The notes under the pieces: model-generated | What the model saw: the letters and a program-made list of their open reading frames with translations, nothing else | What the model was told of the DNA's origin: nothing | Databases searched by the model: none | Assembly (NCBI GenBank): GCA_944332185.1 | Contig: CALVJJ010000001.1 | Span: 66,422 to 129,785 of the forward strand | DNA length: 63,364 bases | Reading direction: 5' to 3' | Source of the DNA: an uncultured Clostridia bacterium | GTDB taxonomy: Bacteria > Bacillota > Clostridia > Christensenellales > UBA1242 | Made by a program: the position numbers and the translations under genes | In this document: positions 59,410 to 63,364 of the stretch, piece after piece | Layout: each line of letters begins with the position of its first letter | Position numbering within the stretch: the first letter of the stretch is position 1

Positions 59410-60805
59410 TTGTGTTCTCCTCTATTTTTTTCTCTATTTGATACCCATCTTTTTGATCCAAAATACTATATCCTAATTGTGCAATTTCTTGACGTATTGC
59501 ATCTGCCTTACTCCAATCTTTTGCTTGTTTTGCTAGCCATCTATCCTTTGCCAGTTGTTGTACTTTTTCTGGAATATCTTGGCTTACTTGACGACTTAAA
59601 AAGTCTGCTGGATTTTCTTGGAACAATCCAAGAATAGCATACAATTTTTTCATCGTCGCTACATCATTGGCTACGGTAGGATCTTGTTTTTGATACTTCT
59701 CTTGCATCTTTTTAAAATAAGTAAAGACATTCGCAATCACAACTGCAGTATTGAGGTCATCGTCCATAGCTGCTTCAAATTCTTTGATCATGCTTTCATT
59801 TTCCCCTGTAACGACATAATGACTATCTTCTATTTTTTGCAAAATAGTATAGATGTTGATTAAGTGTTGTTTTGCTTTAGGGAACAGATCATCAGTAATA
59901 TTGATATCGTTTTTATAATTGGTTTGTAAAAGTGCAAAACGAATGACTTCTTTATCGTATTCTTGTAATAAATCATGTAAAAGAATAGAATTTCCTAAAC
60001 TTTTACTCATTTTTTGCCCATTGACTTTCACTAATCCATTATGTGTCCAATATCTTACAAATGGTTTTCCAGTTAGACATTCACTTTGTGCGATTTCATT
60101 CTCGTGATGTGGGAAAATAAGATCTCTGCCTCCTCCGTGGATATCTACTGTACTTCCAAAATGGGCTAAATTCATGGCGCTACATTCTATATGCCACCCC
60201 GGTCTTCCTTTTCCCCATGGAGAATCCCAACTAATCTCTCCGGCTTTTGCCTTTTTCCATAGTGCAAAATCTAAAGGATTGTGCTTATTTTGTTCACTAT
60301 CGATACGCACACCGGTTAGCATATCTTCTACTTTACGATTGGATAACTTGCCATACTTAGGATCTTTTTCTACAGAAAAATAAACATCGCCTTCTGGTGT
60401 GGCATAGGCAAATCCTTTTTCAATCAGTCCTTTTGTCATAGCAATAATGTCTGGAATATGCTGAGTTGCTCTCAGTTCCATATCTGGTCTACGTACCCCT
60501 AGTGCGTCCATGTCTGCATCTATAGATTGAATTTTTTGATTGGCATATTCCATAGGATCAACATGTACTTCATGGGCACGAGCAATGATTTTGTCATCAA
60601 CATCAGTATAATTCCTAGCATACGTAACTTGGTATCCTTTGTACTCAAAATATCGACGCATAATATCATAAATCATAGCTTGAATAGCATGGCCAATGTG
60701 TGCATCTCCTGACACGGTAATCCCACAAGCATACATATTGATTTTACCTTTTTGTAAAGGAACAAATTCTTCTTTTTTATGTGTGAGTGTATTATATAAT
60801 TTCAT
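59390..60805 (-). CDS. cysS: Cysteine--tRNA ligase
   Basis: HIGH, KMSKS, DFALWK, GRPGWHIECS, DIHGGG.DL.FPHHENE; start MKLYNTLT at 60805; TTGCAT-17-TATACT promoter at 60845-60873. Confidence 0.98.
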   Translation of the reverse strand: MKLYNTLTHKKEEFVPLQKGKINMYACGITVSGDAHIGHAIQAMIYDIMRRYFEYKGYQVTYARNYTDVDDKIIARAHEVHVDPMEYANQKIQSIDADMDALGVRRPDMELRATQHIPDIIAMTKGLIEKGFAYATPEGDVYFSVEKDPKYGKLSNRKVEDMLTGVRIDSEQNKHNPLDFALWKKAKAGEISWDSPWGKGRPGWHIECSAMNLAHFGSTVDIHGGGRDLIFPHHENEIAQSECLTGKPFVRYWTHNGLVKVNGQKMSKSLGNSILLHDLLQEYDKEVIRFALLQTNYKNDINITDDLFPKAKQHLINIYTILQKIEDSHYVVTGENESMIKEFEAAMDDDLNTAVVIANVFTYFKKMQEKYQKQDPTVANDVATMKKLYAILGLFQENPADFLSRQVSQDIPEKVQQLAKDRWLAKQAKDWSKADAIRQEIAQLGYSILDQKDGYQIEKKIEENTNDKKRS

Positions 60806-60888
60806 AGTACTATATATTCCTTCGGTCTTAAATATGTTATACATAGTATATAGGAAAGCAAAAAAAAATGCAAATATCTAATGATTAT

Positions 60889-60917
60889 TTGCAAAAAATA
60901 CATAAAATATGTACAAT
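60889..60917 (+). promoter_or_regulatory. SigA-type promoter for pyk
   Basis: TTGCAA-17 nt-TACAAT, back-to-back with cysS promoter. Confidence 0.65.
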
Positions 60918-60941
60918 AAATAGCAAAGGAGTACCCCTTAT

Positions 60942-61958
60942 ATGAAAACTACAAAAATTATTGCAACACTAGGACCTAGTAGTGCCAATGAACAAGAAAT
61001 GATCCAGATGATTCAAAACGGAGTAAATATTTTTCGTGTGAATTTTAGTCATGGGACAAAAGAAGATCATGCATCTTTACTCCATCTCATTCATCATGTC
61101 AATACTTTAGTAGATACCCCTGCTTCTATTTTGATTGATACGAGAGGACCTGAAATTCGTATTGGCACATTTGAAAATGGCAGTGTCATGCTCAAAAAAG
61201 ATCAAACTTTCACTTTTTATAAAGAACAAAAAATTGGGAATCAAAACGGTGTCAGTTTATCTCAATCCACCATTCTAAACCATATTACCGTAGGCAAAGA
61301 GTTTTTAGCCAATGATGGTATGATGCGTTTTGAAGTACAAAGTGTAGATCACGAAAAAATGGTGGCCAAAGTCTTAACAGATGGCAAATTATCCAATCGA
61401 AAGAATTTGACTTTTTTAAAAGTCCCTATGGGATTGCCTTATATTAGTCAAGAAGACAAAGAAGATATTTTACAAGCCATATCCATTGGTTGTGATATGA
61501 TTGCTTGCAGTTTTATGTCCAATTTACAAGATATTATTGCGATAAAACAACTTTTGAATACCATACCCAATCATCTCAAAATCATTGCAAAAATTGAAGG
61601 CGAAGAAGCGATAACCAATCTTGATGATATCATTACACATACTGATGGTGTTATGGTCGCAAGAGGAGATTTGGGAGTAGAAATGCCTTATCAACAACTA
61701 CCTATTCTACAAGATAAGATTGTCTCCGCTGCTAAAAAACATCAAAAGCCTTGTATCATTGCTACAGAGATGCTAGAAAGCATGATTGTTGCTTTAAGAC
61801 CAACAAGAGCAGAAATTACCGATATTTATCAAGCTGTCAAACAACAAGCTTATGCAGTCATGTTGTCAGCAGAATCTGCTATGGGAAAACACCCTTCTTA
61901 TACGATACAAGTACTATCTTCTATTTTAGAAGAAGCAGAAAAATACTATGCACATTAA
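60942..61958 (+). CDS. pyk: Pyruvate kinase (short form, A+B domains only)
   Basis: TKIIATLGP, RVNFSHG, DTRGPEIR, MVARGDLGVE, PTRAE.TD, MLSAESA.G.HP. Confidence 0.93.
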   Translation: MKTTKIIATLGPSSANEQEMIQMIQNGVNIFRVNFSHGTKEDHASLLHLIHHVNTLVDTPASILIDTRGPEIRIGTFENGSVMLKKDQTFTFYKEQKIGNQNGVSLSQSTILNHITVGKEFLANDGMMRFEVQSVDHEKMVAKVLTDGKLSNRKNLTFLKVPMGLPYISQEDKEDILQAISIGCDMIACSFMSNLQDIIAIKQLLNTIPNHLKIIAKIEGEEAITNLDDIITHTDGVMVARGDLGVEMPYQQLPILQDKIVSAAKKHQKPCIIATEMLESMIVALRPTRAEITDIYQAVKQQAYAVMLSAESAMGKHPSYTIQVLSSILEEAEKYYAH

Positions 61959-62002
61959 ACTTGCTTATGGGTGTATTGCCATTTTTTCCCTAATAGTTCA
62001 TA

Positions 62003-62031
62003 GAATAATTTTATGATTATGTTGCACACTA
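62003..62031 (+). promoter_or_regulatory. Possible SigG-type promoter
   Basis: GAATA-17 nt-CACACTA. Confidence 0.5.
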
Positions 62032-62076
62032 TGAGTAATAGTACAGTGTACTAAATATGAAAAAGGGGGAAAAAGC

Positions 62077-62493
62077 ATGGAACTAACTCATAAAAGAATA
62101 CTACAAAGTATGTTGTATTATTCTATGTTGGCACTTACAATTATTCTATCTGTCTTCTTTATGATTACACTTTCTATGAAAGATACCATGTTGTATGCTC
62201 GTATCATTTATTATATTTGGACGGGTGTGCTGGTTGCATCTTTAATTTTTGATATTGTATGTACCATCATGCACAAGAACAAATTTGTTGTAGGTCTTAT
62301 CCTATTTGTTCTTGCCGTTTTATGGCTTGTAATGGCAATCATTGTGTATTTCAATTTAAGTACAGGTGCAATGCTTGTGGCTGCTAATATGGGATTGTTC
62401 AACCGTTTGGTTGTTCTAAGTTTTATCCTAACGGGAATGTCTATCTTTACATTCATCACAGGCGAATTTTTAACTCAATCTTATAAAAGATAA
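62077..62493 (+). CDS. Four-TM membrane protein of unknown function
   Basis: 138 aa, four hydrophobic segments, AAGGGGG RBS. Confidence 0.8.
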   Translation: MELTHKRILQSMLYYSMLALTIILSVFFMITLSMKDTMLYARIIYYIWTGVLVASLIFDIVCTIMHKNKFVVGLILFVLAVLWLVMAIIVYFNLSTGAMLVAANMGLFNRLVVLSFILTGMSIFTFITGEFLTQSYKR

Positions 62494-62494
62494 T

Positions 62495-62526
62495 AAAAAA
62501 AACACTAGGTTTTCCTAGTGTTTTTT
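62495..62526. terminator. Bidirectional intrinsic terminator
   Basis: AAAAAACACTAGG-TTTT-CCTAGTGTTTTTT between convergent genes. Confidence 0.85.
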
Positions 62527-62962
62527 ATTGTTCTATCTCATCAAGATCAACAATTTCTTCAAAGACAAAATATTTTTTAGTAAAGTCTTTTTCAATCAGC
62601 CCATATAGGACTCCATACTCTTCCATCGTATGTCCTGTGTTACTCTTTTGTTTGATAGCTTTTGCATTGCATAATGCTTTTAAGAATAAATCTTTATTCT
62701 TGTGAATGGCTGCATACATACCAATATTCAGTCCTTTTTTGTCTTGATGTTCTGAGGCACATGCATCTTCGAGACTCATTTCTGCTACTTTATTGTACCC
62801 ATTTTCTATAGCATGCATGCCAAGATTTTTACCTTTTTTATCGATGATTCTCATAACAACTGGATATTTGTGTATTAAAGCCAGCATGGTATTCTCATCT
62901 TTTCCTTCTTTCATTGCATCAACTAGATCATTACACATTTTTATAAGATATCCTGCTTCCAT
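62525..62962 (-). CDS. Ankyrin-like repeat protein
   Basis: ~33-aa repeats DKKGKNLGMHAI / DKKGLNIGMYAA / SNTGHTMEEYG. Confidence 0.65.
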   Translation of the reverse strand: MEAGYLIKMCNDLVDAMKEGKDENTMLALIHKYPVVMRIIDKKGKNLGMHAIENGYNKVAEMSLEDACASEHQDKKGLNIGMYAAIHKNKDLFLKALCNAKAIKQKSNTGHTMEEYGVLYGLIEKDFTKKYFVFEEIVDLDEIEQ

Positions 62963-63286
62963 GATTCCTACCGTTCCTTTTTGATTTGTTTTCTATATCA
63001 TACCACAGAGAATAGTCGTTGTCAATATGGAATTTTATCTTATCACACATAAAATCCATATTGGTTTTATGATATCTACATGAAATTGCCATCTTCATCA
63101 TCTAAAAATAATCTCTAATATGATAGTTTTTATAGTAAGCAATACTCAAAATAATCAAAAACTTTGTTATATCTATATTTTGATATATAGTAATTGTATG
63201 AAATTAAAAATTTTTTTACTTTCTTTATTTACAATACTCTATACCATTATTTTTATATCATACGATAAAACTTCTTAATAAACAAT

Positions 63287-63321
63287 AAAAAAAAGTACTC
63301 CTGCGAAGGCGTACTTTTTTC
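63287..63321 (-). terminator. Intrinsic terminator of a gene entering from the window end
   Basis: AAAAAAGTAC..CCT/AGG..GTACTTTTTT with long U-tract. Confidence 0.75.
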
Positions 63322-63364
63322 TCATCTATTAAATATTGTAGACTCTTGAACTTGGCTAGTCTTA
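63322..63364 (-). CDS. 3' end of an unidentified gene (partial)
   Basis: Frame KTSQVQESTIFNR* stops immediately before the terminator. Confidence 0.35.
   Translation of the reverse strand, partial: KTSQVQESTIFNR

Noticed and set aside
60806-60873. T-box leader for cysS
   Set aside because: Promoter is only ~40 nt from the start codon and no T-box consensus is present

Overview
Low-GC (roughly 30-33% by eye) chromosomal segment, probably from a spore-forming Clostridia-like bacterium. Housekeeping genes at both ends (rpoC 5' part, rpoB, a gerA-type germinant receptor operon; dinB, udk, rlmD, yqeY, tmk, pepF, gmk, cysS, pyk) flank a ~35 kb cell-envelope island at ~10.8-45.5 kb. The island holds: (i) eight paralogous TasA/BsaA-like proteins with SipW-type signal peptides in two sub-clusters, a sipW gene 1 nt downstream of a 2,897-aa FN3-like repeat lipoprotein, a transglutaminase-like lipoprotein and two paralogous orphan lipoproteins, together suggesting a multi-subunit SipW-dependent surface fibre with dedicated anchor subunits; (ii) an operon in which a catalytically dead RAYT/IS200-type transposase is coupled to a membrane-anchored LolA/LppX-like protein and a 1,996-aa protein with seven tandem LolA/LppX-like units. 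Other points: RpoB carries rifampicin-pocket substitutions (H526Q equivalent), a 53-aa ORF missed by the track is coupled to a radical SAM/SPASM gene, gmk is fused to a ParB/Srx-like domain, and pyruvate kinase lacks its C domain. No rRNA, tRNA, CRISPR array or intact mobile element was seen. All family calls come from motif recognition by eye; no database search was run.
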